64,000 bases of DNA, taken from contig JAVCDA010000002.1 in assembly GCA_030765145.1 (NCBI GenBank), forward strand, positions 16,320-80,319. The letters run 5' to 3'. Source of the DNA: Candidatus Saelkia tenebricola. GTDB taxonomy: Bacteria; Omnitrophota; Gorgyraeia; Kaelpiales; Kaelpiaceae. Shown piece after piece: positions 47,336 to 57,164 of this stretch. The position numbers and the translations under genes were made by a program. The notes under the pieces were generated by a model that saw only the letters and a list, made by a program, of their open reading frames with translations, had not been told where the DNA came from and made no database searches. The first letter of the stretch is position 1; each line of letters begins with the position of its first letter.

Positions 47336-47958
47336 TCTTCTTCCCAGATAGAAGCTACAAATTTAGCCATTAATTCATGATCTTTTATTCCTGGAGAGCT
47401 TTCTATTCCGGATGAGATATCTACTGCATAAGGATTGACTTCCTCAATAGCCTTTTTTATGTTATCCGGATTAAGTCCTCCGGAAAGAATTATCGGTATC
47501 TCAAACTTGCGCGCTCGACGTGCTATATCCCAGTCAAAAATTTCACCAGTCCCACCGGCTACATTTTTCTTATAGCTATCCAAAAGTATTGCATCTAAAA
47601 AATTATATTCACTGATTATATCAAGCAATTCTTCCCCCTTAACCCTAAGTGCCTTTATGCAGCGGTATCTTCCCTGGACTTTTCTGCAAAATTCAGGGGG
47701 CTCGTCGCCATGAAGCTGGATCACATCAAGCTTACAAACAGATGCAATTTCTTCTATTTCTGGAATATCTGAATTTAAAAACACACCGACTCGCAAAACA
47801 AAAGGCGCAAGGTGCGAGATTATCTCAGCTGCTTTTAATGGTGTAATATATCTGGGGCTGGTTTTTGCAAAAACAAACCCAATTGCACTTATTCCAAGGC
47901 GTGACGCAGCTAATGCATCCTCAGTATTCGTAAAACCGCAAAATTTAATCCTGACCAT
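47323..47958 (-). CDS. trpF: phosphoribosylanthranilate isomerase
   Basis: MVRIKFCGFTNTEDALAASRLGISAIGFVF is the canonical TrpF start. Confidence 0.85.
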   Translation of the reverse strand: MVRIKFCGFTNTEDALAASRLGISAIGFVFAKTSPRYITPLKAAEIISHLAPFVLRVGVFLNSDIPEIEEIASVCKLDVIQLHGDEPPEFCRKVQGRYRCIKALRVKGEELLDIISEYNFLDAILLDSYKKNVAGGTGEIFDWDIARRARKFEIPIILSGGLNPDNIKKAIEEVNPYAVDISSGIESSPGIKDHELMAKFVASIWEEEWGL

Positions 47959-48742
47959 AACCCAATAAACTCCTTATTTTTTCTGCTGAATCAGGCGAGG
48001 TTAAAATAGATTCGCCTATTAAAAAAGCATCTGCGCCTAAACTCTTTAAGTATAGAATATCTTTATAATTTTTAATTGCGCTTTCAGATATTTTAAAGAT
48101 TTCTTCCGGAATTTCCGGAAGAAGATGCGTTGATATTTCAATATCTGTCTCTAGGGTAGATAAGTTTCTGTTGTTAACTCCGATCATTTGAGGCGTCAAC
48201 TCCAAAACTTTATTTAAATCATCCTGGTCATGGATTTCAAACAAAACATCCATTTCAAGATTACAAGCTACGTCATTTAACAAATCTAATTCTTCTAAGC
48301 TTAGTATTTTTGCAATAAGAAGCACAGCATCAGCTTTAAAATATTTACTTTCATATATCTGATATTCGTCAATTATAAAATCTTTTCTTAAGACAGGTAA
48401 CGTTGTGCTTTTTTTGATATTTACTAAATCTTCTGTCTCACCTTTAAAAAAATCTTTTTCTGTAAGGACTGATATTGCAGCAGCTCCGTTAAGTTCATAG
48501 AGCCTTGCAATTTCAATTATACTTGCATCGCTATCTAAGATGTCCCCCTCAGAAGGAGAGGCTTTTTTAATCTCAGCGATAATTCTGATGTTCGCTTCTT
48601 TTTCTTTAAGAGATTTTAAAAAATCGCTTTGGCCAAATCCCTCTTCAAAAAGAGCTTTTTTTAGCTCTGAGAGAGAAAATTTTTCTTTTGTTTTCGCGAT
48701 TGCTGCTCTTTTTTTCTCTAATATATTATTCAGAATAGACAT
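47945..48742 (-). CDS. trpC: indole-3-glycerol phosphate synthase
   Basis: IIAEIKKASPSEG motif and a TIM-barrel pattern. Confidence 0.85.
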   Translation of the reverse strand: MSILNNILEKKRAAIAKTKEKFSLSELKKALFEEGFGQSDFLKSLKEKEANIRIIAEIKKASPSEGDILDSDASIIEIARLYELNGAAAISVLTEKDFFKGETEDLVNIKKSTTLPVLRKDFIIDEYQIYESKYFKADAVLLIAKILSLEELDLLNDVACNLEMDVLFEIHDQDDLNKVLELTPQMIGVNNRNLSTLETDIEISTHLLPEIPEEIFKISESAIKNYKDILYLKSLGADAFLIGESILTSPDSAEKIRSLLGYGQD

Positions 48743-49748
48743 TTTTAAAATATGCTCTTATTTGGTTTAATTTTTCCAAAACTTTTTTATCTTTCAACAA
48801 AACTTTTATTTTTTCATATCCTTCACGAGGATTTTTTACTTCATCCAGCATAAATAAAGTCCACCCGGCATTGAGGGCAATAGCATCTAATTCAGGAGAA
48901 TTTATACCATTTAAGACTTTCTCTGCTTTTTCTTTTGATTCGATAAGATTAGATACTTTTAATGCATTCGGAGATAAATTTTGATAATTTAAGTCTATTG
49001 GCATAATTTCAATATCTGTAATCTCTCCATTTTTAAGCAGCTTGGCTGAAGTAGTCGTAAATATCGATATTTCATCCATACCGTCATTTGCATAAACTAT
49101 CAGCGCAGCATTCAAATTCAGATTCTTAAGAGCATTTGCAACAGGATCAAGTAGCTTCTTGTCATATACACCGAGTATCTGATAATTTGGGTTCGCTGGA
49201 TTTGCCAAAGGCCCTAAAATATTGAATATTGTTCTCATCCGGAGATGTTTTCTTACCGGCATGGCATATTTCATTGCCGGATGATAATAGGGGGCAAAAA
49301 TATATCCAAAACCAACCTCTTCTATAGCTTTTTCTAATATATTCTTATCTTTAATGAGAGGTATTCCTAAAGATTCAATTAAATCAGCGCTTCCGCAAGA
49401 GCTTGAAACAGAACGGTTTCCGTGTTTAGCAACAGGTATTCCATATGCTGCAAGCACGAGTGAAACAATGGTTGAAATATTGAAGGTATAAAGTCCATCT
49501 CCACCCGTCCCGCAGGTATCTATCAATCTGCTAACTTTAGGACGAATAGGTATTGCTTTTTCTCTTAAAACAGAAGCTGCAGCAGCTATCTCATCAGGAG
49601 TTTCAGTTTTCTCCTTAAGAGTGGTGAGAAATGAGGAGATTTCATCAAAAGATGCAGTTCCGGTCATAATTTCCCCCATTACAGCCTTCATAATATCTGA
49701 AGTAAGATTTATCTTCTTTGTTAATAATTTAATAGCATCGTTTATCAT
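48726..49748 (-). CDS. trpD: anthranilate phosphoribosyltransferase
   Basis: IDTCGTGGDG motif and 340 aa. Confidence 0.9.
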   Translation of the reverse strand: MINDAIKLLTKKINLTSDIMKAVMGEIMTGTASFDEISSFLTTLKEKTETPDEIAAAASVLREKAIPIRPKVSRLIDTCGTGGDGLYTFNISTIVSLVLAAYGIPVAKHGNRSVSSSCGSADLIESLGIPLIKDKNILEKAIEEVGFGYIFAPYYHPAMKYAMPVRKHLRMRTIFNILGPLANPANPNYQILGVYDKKLLDPVANALKNLNLNAALIVYANDGMDEISIFTTTSAKLLKNGEITDIEIMPIDLNYQNLSPNALKVSNLIESKEKAEKVLNGINSPELDAIALNAGWTLFMLDEVKNPREGYEKIKVLLKDKKVLEKLNQIRAYFKNVYSE

Positions 49749-49820
49749 AACTTATTATTTTATAATATAAGGGTTTTAATTACAATTTTATTCTTGGGAT
49801 TTGCAGAATTAAAGGTTTTT

Positions 49821-50144
49821 CTATACCTCTTTTACTTCACTGTCCAGCCATTTTAAATAATCGCTGTTTCCTTCAACAACGGGTAAAGCCATAATTTCGG
49901 GCATTTGATACGGATGTATTTTCTTGATAGCCTTTTCTATTTTATTATAGAGTGCTTTTTTGCTTTTTATGATACAAATCCATTCATTGGCGTTTTCTAC
50001 ATTACCTTCCCACCAATAAGAGCTTTTTACAGGGCCTAATACTTGGGTGCAGGCTGCGAGTTTTTCCTGAATTAAATCTTCTGCTATTTTTTCAGCATTC
50101 TCTTTGCTGTCGGTTGATGTGATTATCTGGATATATTCTCCCAT
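49821..50144 (-). CDS. cutA: divalent-cation tolerance protein CutA (start moved to MGEYIQ; track extends to 50183)
   Basis: YIQIITSTDSKENAEKIAEDLIQEKLAACTQV...WWEGNV...E matches the CutA1 fold signature. Confidence 0.8.
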   Translation of the reverse strand: MGEYIQIITSTDSKENAEKIAEDLIQEKLAACTQVLGPVKSSYWWEGNVENANEWICIIKSKKALYNKIEKAIKKIHPYQMPEIMALPVVEGNSDYLKWLDSEVKEV

Positions 50145-51624
50145 AAGAGCCTCCTTCTTCTTGCAACCTTTTAAGGATATCAACCATGCCTCTGGTATCT
50201 AAGTCACAATATTTCTCTAGTGAGGCGTAAATATCGCGACGTTTTTTCTCATCTGTATCTTTATTAAACGTTACCGTATAATACTGAATACTTGCTTCTC
50301 CTCCATCGGCAATTTCCATGTCTTTATAACTATCTTTAGTAAGAACAGGGAGCACTTTTTTAAGCGAATTGCTACCCTGTTGAGAAGGATGATGGTAAAA
50401 AAAACTCCTGAATGGCATCAACAAATCAGAGAATCTACTCTCAATCTCATCAAACCAATCCTGATATTGAGTAAAAACCTCACTTGACTTCCTGAGTACA
50501 TTTATTTCAAAATTAGCGTTATAGGCTATAATAGAACCACGTAAACCTAATAATTTTTTAAGATTTTTTAAAACTTCAATTCTGGGATCTTCTTCACCTT
50601 GTGCAAGATAGGCATATACATCAGGTTTTACTCCCTCTTCTCTTATAACATATAAAACATATTGGAACGGAATATATTCATAAGGCCTTGATAAATCATA
50701 AATCGGAATAGCTGGATTTATGGTTTCAAAATCCAAAAAATAAAGCGGATATTCCAACTTGCTCACAAACTCTCGCAGAGCTTCTTTGTTTACATAAGGA
50801 GTCTGTTCCTTATAACTTTTAAGTTGAATAGTTTGCTTTTCACTGAGTATGAAATCATCAGGGATATCTTTGATATCCAAAATACCCATATCCAAAAGAT
50901 CAAAAGCCAATGTTTTCCCTCTGTAAAGGTTAAATACATTACTCCCAGTAGGAAGAAAACTCCAGCAAATATATTTAAGAGGACATTGATAAGGCTTATC
51001 ACACTGTTGGCCTATGGGTGTATCGGGACATTTTTTAGAATCAATGGTCTTAAACATATTGGCAATATTCTCTTCTATAGTATTGATATTTTCCTCTACT
51101 TCATAGCTGATATTCTCAATACTGAAGAGGCTTAGAGGGTCAATTTCACCATGTTTAATATATTCGTTATTAATATGAACAAGAAAGCAGTTTTTGATTT
51201 TCAGCCCGGATTTTTCCAAACAGTATCTCTGGAAAGCAACATCGTTAATATGTTCTTTTTTAACCCGGGTTGTACTTTTAACCTCAATAATATCCCATGA
51301 ATCATCTTCTGCAGGATTTAAGATGTCTATTCTGGAATACAGATTGTTTGTTAAAATACCTGCTTCAAATAACGAGTTGCGTTGTTTCAGAAGTTCTTTA
51401 GTTTGATTGATATTGGTCATGAAGGCTGTTTTAGGAATATCAATCCCTTGAGGATATAATCTTTTAGCTAAATCACCTACTAATTGACCCTGTTGAAATC
51501 TAAATTGAGTAGCTAAATCAAAATCAGGTATTTTATCCGGTTCATTATACTTAGTCCATAAATATTTAGGACATTGTAATCCAATTAAATACTTTGATTT
51601 TGTAAGCAGCTTGCTATAAGCCAT
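50092..51624 (-). CDS. DUF2779-like predicted nuclease (PD-(D/E)xK/Cas4-like with Cys cluster)
   Basis: N-terminus SKLLTKSKYLIGLQCPKYLWTKY resembles the DUF2779 hallmark; Cys cluster CPDTPIGQQCDKPYQCPLKYICW. Confidence 0.55.
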   Translation of the reverse strand: MAYSKLLTKSKYLIGLQCPKYLWTKYNEPDKIPDFDLATQFRFQQGQLVGDLAKRLYPQGIDIPKTAFMTNINQTKELLKQRNSLFEAGILTNNLYSRIDILNPAEDDSWDIIEVKSTTRVKKEHINDVAFQRYCLEKSGLKIKNCFLVHINNEYIKHGEIDPLSLFSIENISYEVEENINTIEENIANMFKTIDSKKCPDTPIGQQCDKPYQCPLKYICWSFLPTGSNVFNLYRGKTLAFDLLDMGILDIKDIPDDFILSEKQTIQLKSYKEQTPYVNKEALREFVSKLEYPLYFLDFETINPAIPIYDLSRPYEYIPFQYVLYVIREEGVKPDVYAYLAQGEEDPRIEVLKNLKKLLGLRGSIIAYNANFEINVLRKSSEVFTQYQDWFDEIESRFSDLLMPFRSFFYHHPSQQGSNSLKKVLPVLTKDSYKDMEIADGGEASIQYYTVTFNKDTDEKKRRDIYASLEKYCDLDTRGMVDILKRLQEEGGSYGRIYPDNHINRQQREC

Positions 51625-51673
51625 CTAAAAGAGAATCTTCAAGAAAAACTAAATTTGTTTATAAATTCAAACT

Positions 51674-51913
51674 TTATTCCATATGACTCAGTGCTTCCTG
51701 CATCAAAGGAAGAATACCTTCTACCTCCTCCTTAGTTATACGGCCGAGCTTTGCAAATCTTAATTCACCGGAAGGTCCCTGACTTTCTCTTGAAATCTGA
51801 AGTTTTTTTGTTCCCTTATTGTAAGAATATACGCTAACTGTAAGACGCTCTACATCAGTTTCCCAGACAGCAGAAAACAGAGATTCATCTAAAGTAGGGT
51901 CATAACCTGGCAT
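51674..51913 (-). CDS. small hypothetical protein, tentatively PC4/YdbC-like ssDNA-binding fold
   Basis: 79 aa. The pattern LTVSVYSYNKGTKKLQISRE...LRFAKLGRITKEEVEGIL resembles bacterial PC4-like proteins. This is a weak, memory-based assignment. Confidence 0.3.
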   Translation of the reverse strand: MPGYDPTLDESLFSAVWETDVERLTVSVYSYNKGTKKLQISRESQGPSGELRFAKLGRITKEEVEGILPLMQEALSHME

Positions 51914-51975
51914 ATCAATCCTCCTTTTTGTATGATTTATAGAATCATACTATATCTGACAGTAATATTCAACAA

Positions 51976-52968
51976 TTATGATTTCTCAGGAGGAGCCATA
52001 AATTCAGCTCCTATAGGTTCTGGCAGAGATTCCTTAATTATTTTTTCTATTGTATTTTTTGCTTCCCTATCAAGCTCCCATCCCATAATCTCATTAACAA
52101 CCTCTAACTGTTCAGGTTGCCTGGCACCCCAAAGTGCAATATCAACCCCTTCATGATCTAAAACCCAACGCACAGCTATATAAATAATACCTTTATCGTA
52201 TTTACCTTGTGTAAACTCATTCAGCTTTTCAACCGCATTTAAATATTTACTATAATTAGGCTCCTGAAATTTAGGATCTATTTTTCTTATATCATCTCCC
52301 TTAAATTCAGTATCAGACTTCATTCTCCCGCTCAATAACCCCCGACATAATGTTCCATATGTTAAAGTCGTAATACCGTAAGTATGACAATACGGTAGGA
52401 CATCAAATACTGCACCCTGTTCAAAAAGATTAAATGGTGGTTGAGATGTGTGTAATGGAGAATACTCTCTGAATTTATCCATCTGCTGTGGAGAATAATT
52501 GCTTGCTCCAATAGCACGGATTTTACCATTTTTGTAAAGCTCATGCATAACATCAGCAGTCTTACCTATTGGAGTTGAGGCATCAGGCCAATGTACCTGA
52601 TAAATATCGATATAATCCGTACCTAAACGTTTTAACGACTCATCTATTTCTTTTAAAATTCTTTTTTTGCTGGAATTCCGAAAAATTTTATTTCCATCCC
52701 ACTCAAGCCCAACTTTTGTCGCAATAATGACATCTTCACGCCTGCCGTAAATAGCAAGAGCTTGGCCGATAATCTCTTCAGCTTTACCCATGCCGTATAC
52801 GGGAGCAGTATCTATCAAATTAACTCCTCTTTCTAGCGCAGCAAGAATAGTGTTGATAGCATCGTGCTCACTGGTCCCGCCCCAAAGCCAGCCGCCTATA
52901 GCCCAACTCCCAAGACCGATGCGGGAAACAGGCTGAATATCAGTATTCCTTATTTTCGTATATTTCAT
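51976..52968 (-). CDS. aldo/keto reductase
   Basis: IGLGSWAIGG...NLIDTAPVYGMGKAEEIIGQAL, an AKR N-terminal motif. Confidence 0.85.
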   Translation of the reverse strand: MKYTKIRNTDIQPVSRIGLGSWAIGGWLWGGTSEHDAINTILAALERGVNLIDTAPVYGMGKAEEIIGQALAIYGRREDVIIATKVGLEWDGNKIFRNSSKKRILKEIDESLKRLGTDYIDIYQVHWPDASTPIGKTADVMHELYKNGKIRAIGASNYSPQQMDKFREYSPLHTSQPPFNLFEQGAVFDVLPYCHTYGITTLTYGTLCRGLLSGRMKSDTEFKGDDIRKIDPKFQEPNYSKYLNAVEKLNEFTQGKYDKGIIYIAVRWVLDHEGVDIALWGARQPEQLEVVNEIMGWELDREAKNTIEKIIKESLPEPIGAEFMAPPEKS

Positions 52969-53074
52969 AATATTAATTATACAATATCAGAAAAAATACT
53001 TATATCGAAAACTGAAGGAGTATTTGTGGATTCTCTAATTAGTTTTTCAGTATATCTTATCTGCAAAAAAAGAT

Positions 53075-53851
53075 TTATTTTTGGGATTGGAAAATATTTT
53101 TGATTATATCCGTTGTTTTCCCTGCTACTCCCTCAACAACTTCCTTGGCCCCTCTTCCAAGACCACCGATAGTTTTATTCAAAACTCCAGTAGTTAAGTC
53201 TTCTATGGCGCGCAAATCAAAATCGATTAATTTTGCTATATTTGTTTTTATCAAAGCTTTTACAACAATTAGACGTGCCAGAGATTTAAAATCAGTGATA
53301 TTCTCATATTCCTCATCAATGTTTACTTTATATTCTTCAATCTCAGGTTCACCGCCTTTAGAATAATCTTTATAGATAACACGTTCGATTTTTAATTTTA
53401 ACATATCTATCTGAACGTTGTTTTTATCCGGGGTTTCTTTTTTTACTGCAAGCTTTTCTTTTTTTTGCGATTCTTTAATCACTTTCAAAGAGTTAAGGTT
53501 TAGCTCGCCATCTTCATTTTTTATTACCACAAATTCTTTCAAGTTAATTCTAATTTCTTTAAAGTAAATAGTACCTTTTAATATTGCAGGTAAATCATAA
53601 TTGATATATATCTCAGGCATCTCAACCATTAATCTGTCTTTAAAATTCGGAGGATTATATAATTTCATCTCTTCTATCCCTATGATAGTTTCTTTTATGC
53701 CCACGTTCATATCTTTAATACTAAGCTTAAGTCCGGTAAAAGCTTTTACCCCTTTTGAAACAGCAAAATTCACCACCAGGTTTTTAAATAAAAAAAGACA
53801 AACTATTAAAATTAGAGTAATTAAAGTCAGTATTTTAATTATTTTTTTCAT
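53075..53851 (-). CDS. hypothetical membrane-anchored protein
   Basis: N-terminal TM helix (ILTLITLILIVCLFLF); a beta-rich, charged soluble region. Confidence 0.4.
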   Translation of the reverse strand: MKKIIKILTLITLILIVCLFLFKNLVVNFAVSKGVKAFTGLKLSIKDMNVGIKETIIGIEEMKLYNPPNFKDRLMVEMPEIYINYDLPAILKGTIYFKEIRINLKEFVVIKNEDGELNLNSLKVIKESQKKEKLAVKKETPDKNNVQIDMLKLKIERVIYKDYSKGGEPEIEEYKVNIDEEYENITDFKSLARLIVVKALIKTNIAKLIDFDLRAIEDLTTGVLNKTIGGLGRGAKEVVEGVAGKTTDIIKNIFQSQK

Positions 53852-54019
53852 TTACTTCTCCTTTTTATTCAATTTTTATAGAAGTTTTACCAACATGACT
53901 AATAATAACATATTTAAAATCAGCTTTCAACATTTGAAACTCTTACAACTATTAAAATTAACTTGTTTTTAGATTAATTTTATGATTATATTATTCAAAG
54001 ATATTAAAAGGAGGAAATA

Positions 54020-54433
54020 ATGAGAATTGTTTTAAAGAAGGTTTTTATAGTAGGTTTGCTATTTATTATTACTGGTTGTAATTTGTCTCCTTCTGAATTG
54101 GGTAGATCTTTAGAATATAAAGGCAGTGATCTTTATTATACAGATACTGTGACAGAGACAGAGGCTCGGGTATTAGGCGACTACTTATCAGATACAGGCT
54201 TTTTTAAGGAAGATAACCCTGGGACAACACAAATAAGAAAAGAAGATGATGTATATCAATTACGTATGGTTGTAAAAGAAGGAACTGCAGACGATATAGA
54301 CTTTTTGAACAACGCTGCAATGTTTGCTGCCCATATATCAAAAGATGTTTTTAACGGTACTCAAGTTGAGATGCACCTTTGTAATAAAGATTTAGAAACT
54401 ATTCGAGTTGCTACATACAACCTTGTTGATTAA
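54020..54433 (+). CDS. hypothetical lipoprotein
   Basis: Lipobox LFIITGCNL; 137 aa; second of only two plus-strand genes. Confidence 0.45.
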   Translation: MRIVLKKVFIVGLLFIITGCNLSPSELGRSLEYKGSDLYYTDTVTETEARVLGDYLSDTGFFKEDNPGTTQIRKEDDVYQLRMVVKEGTADDIDFLNNAAMFAAHISKDVFNGTQVEMHLCNKDLETIRVATYNLVD

Positions 54434-54463
54434 GAATAATCTGTAATTTCTTAAATATACTTT

Positions 54464-54883
54464 TTATTCTCCGATAATTTTAATTAAAATACGTTTTTTT
54501 CTCCTGCCGTCGAATTCAGCGTAGAAGATTTGCTCCCAGGGGCCTAAATCTAATACCCCATTTGTAACAGCAACAACCACTTCTCTTCCCATAATTTGGC
54601 GTTTAAGATGGGCATCACCGTTATCTTCCATAGTTCTGTTATGCAGATATTGAGAAGTCGGCTCATGAGGAGCCAATTTCTCAAGCCACCTCTCATAATC
54701 CTCTATTAATCCATTTTCATCATCATTAATATACACACTTGCTGTAATATGCATAGCATTCACCAGGCATAAACCTTCCCTAACCCCGCTTTTTTTAACC
54801 AGTTCCTCAATCTTACCGGTTATATTAATGTATGCCCGGCGGGTTTTTGTATTAAACCATAAGTATTCAGTTAGAAATTTCAC
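54464..54883 (-). CDS. YjbQ/UPF0047 family protein (secondary thiamine-phosphate synthase-like)
   Basis: ...[23 protein letters not shown]...[29 protein letters not shown] matches YjbQ family conservation. Confidence 0.8.
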   Translation of the reverse strand: MKFLTEYLWFNTKTRRAYINITGKIEELVKKSGVREGLCLVNAMHITASVYINDDENGLIEDYERWLEKLAPHEPTSQYLHNRTMEDNGDAHLKRQIMGREVVVAVTNGVLDLGPWEQIFYAEFDGRRKKRILIKIIGE

Positions 54884-54890
54884 TTATTAA

Positions 54891-56297
54891 CTAATCCGCC
54901 TTCAGGTAAACGCTTTCACCTTTCTTAGGCACATGTGGTTTTATATCCAATTTTCTGCGCATTGATTCTCTTAATATTTCCAGCTGCTCCGGCTCACCGT
55001 GAACAAGGAAAACTTTTTTTAATTGACCTTTACAACCCTGGGCATACTGTAAGAGACCCTTTTTATCTGCATGAGAACTAAAGGCATTAACAAGGACAAC
55101 TTCTGCTTTTAAATCATAAAGCTGTCCGAATATACGCACTGTATCTCTTTTCTCAACAATTCGTTTACCTAATGTATCCTTTGCCATAAAACCGATAACA
55201 ATAATAGTATTTCTGGGATTTTCAATATTATTTTTTAAATGATGTAGTATTCTTCCGTTTTCACACATTCCAGATGCAGATATAATTATTGAGGGTTTCG
55301 TAACGCCGTGTAATTTTTTAGAAGCATTTACATCTTTGATATATGTAATATTCCCGTATCCTAAGGGATCTTCTTTATCCAGAAATGCTCTTGCTGTTGC
55401 CTCGTCAAAGTACTGTGCATTATCCCTGAATACCTCTGTTAAATTGACTGCCAGCGGACCGTCAACATATATAGGAATTTTTTTAATCTTCTTTTTTCTC
55501 ATAAGCTCACTTATAAAAAATACAATTAATTGCGTTCTCTCAAGAGCAAAAGAAGGTATTATAATTTTCCCCCCACGCTTAATTGTCCTTGTTATAATAT
55601 CGGCAAGTTTTACCTCTGCATCTTTTATGTCATCATGCAGTCTTTTCCCGTATGTGCTCTCTATTATAAGGTAATCAACATCTTTGGGTATTTCAGGATT
55701 ACGTAAGAGCGGCATATCAACGCGTCCTAAATCAACAGCATATGCTATTCTGATAGATTTTTTCCTTGTTTTTACCTCAAGCATAGCTACTGCTGCACCT
55801 AAAATATGGCCCGACTCATAGAAAGTGAGGGTTACATCTTTTGTTAAAGGAAACTCTCTGTGATAATCTATGGGTCTTAGATATTTAAGAGCTTTTTTGG
55901 CTTCTTTCTGGGTATAGAGAGGTTCTCTAGCCGGAAGGCCACGGCGCTTGTTTATTTTATTAACGTATTTTATGTCTTCTTCTTGGACAAATCCTGAATC
56001 CATAAGCATATAGTGGCAAAGATCTCGCGTTGCTGGAGTGCAATACACAGAAGACCTGAACCCTTTTTTTATTAATGTCGGAATATTCCCACAATGGTCA
56101 ATATGGGCATGAGATAAAACACAGGCATCAATATTATGTGGGTTGAATGAAAAATACGAATTTATTTTATAATATTCATCACGTTTTCCTTGAAAAAGTC
56201 CACAGTCTATAAGTATTTTAGATTTAGGTGTTGAGAGAAGATGCGTTGAGCCTGTAACTGTTCCTGCCCCGCCGCAAAACTTTAAAGATACCGCCAC
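54891..56297 (-). CDS. MBL-fold beta-CASP family RNA-metabolising hydrolase
   Basis: LIDCGLFQG...LSHAHIDHCGNIP metallo-beta-lactamase motifs, 468 aa with beta-CASP-like C-terminal motifs; perfect SD (GGAGGTG) upstream. Confidence 0.8.
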   Translation of the reverse strand: MAVSLKFCGGAGTVTGSTHLLSTPKSKILIDCGLFQGKRDEYYKINSYFSFNPHNIDACVLSHAHIDHCGNIPTLIKKGFRSSVYCTPATRDLCHYMLMDSGFVQEEDIKYVNKINKRRGLPAREPLYTQKEAKKALKYLRPIDYHREFPLTKDVTLTFYESGHILGAAVAMLEVKTRKKSIRIAYAVDLGRVDMPLLRNPEIPKDVDYLIIESTYGKRLHDDIKDAEVKLADIITRTIKRGGKIIIPSFALERTQLIVFFISELMRKKKIKKIPIYVDGPLAVNLTEVFRDNAQYFDEATARAFLDKEDPLGYGNITYIKDVNASKKLHGVTKPSIIISASGMCENGRILHHLKNNIENPRNTIIVIGFMAKDTLGKRIVEKRDTVRIFGQLYDLKAEVVLVNAFSSHADKKGLLQYAQGCKGQLKKVFLVHGEPEQLEILRESMRRKLDIKPHVPKKGESVYLKAD

Positions 56298-56531
56298 TTT
56301 TCACCTCCTGAGAAAACAGGTTAATATTAAAATTTTAAAACGTCCATTTATTATATCAAGAAAATATGAAATGGGAAGAAACTACATTTAAAGCAAAAAA
56401 TTGATTCGCCAAAACACATGATATCTAACATAAGATCCTAAAACAACTCTTTATGTTTTTACTGTTAATTTTTTAGGAACCATTGTTCTACATAATTCGA
56501 ATACAATGTTATTCTACTACAATATTATCCC

Positions 56532-57164
56532 TTAATTTTTCAAAGAGTTATATTCTTTAATCAGAGTCTGGATAGAATCTTTGATGAGTGAAAATCGACG
56601 ATTTTTAAGCCATTCTTCCTTGAAGATACTTGAACCAAAAGCAACTGCCGATGTTCCGGATAAGAAAAATTCTCCTATATTTTCAGCTGACACACCGCCA
56701 CAGGCAAGAATCTCAATATCTTGCAACGGAGCTTTTATCTCTTTTATATATGAGGGGCCGAAAAACTTAAGAGGAAATACTTTTACCATAGTAGCCCCTG
56801 CACAATGAGCATTGTATATTTCATGAGGAGTCAATGCTCCTGGAAATACAGGTATTCTATTCTTAATGCAGAACTTTACAACTTCATCTATTAAAACAGG
56901 TGAGACTATAAACGTTGCTCCGGAATCTATTGCTGTATGTAGATCTTCAAGCGTTAACACAGTTCCCGCACCTATCATAAGGCAATCGTGGGATTTTTTT
57001 ACCATCCGTCGTAATAGCTGTGGAGCTCCTGGAGTATTCATAGTGATTTCAAGAGTTCTAAGACCTGATGCAATTACAACATCAATAATCTCATCGATTA
57101 TATCTAATTCTACCCCTCGTAATATCCCTAAGACAGGTAACTTTTTGAACTTCTCTATATCCAT
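56532..57164 (-). CDS. KDPG/KHG aldolase family protein (Eda-like)
   Basis: KLPVLGILRGVELDIIDEIIDVVIASGLRTLEITMNTPGA matches the Eda family N-terminus; 210 aa. Confidence 0.7.
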   Translation of the reverse strand: MDIEKFKKLPVLGILRGVELDIIDEIIDVVIASGLRTLEITMNTPGAPQLLRRMVKKSHDCLMIGAGTVLTLEDLHTAIDSGATFIVSPVLIDEVVKFCIKNRIPVFPGALTPHEIYNAHCAGATMVKVFPLKFFGPSYIKEIKAPLQDIEILACGGVSAENIGEFFLSGTSAVAFGSSIFKEEWLKNRRFSLIKDSIQTLIKEYNSLKN

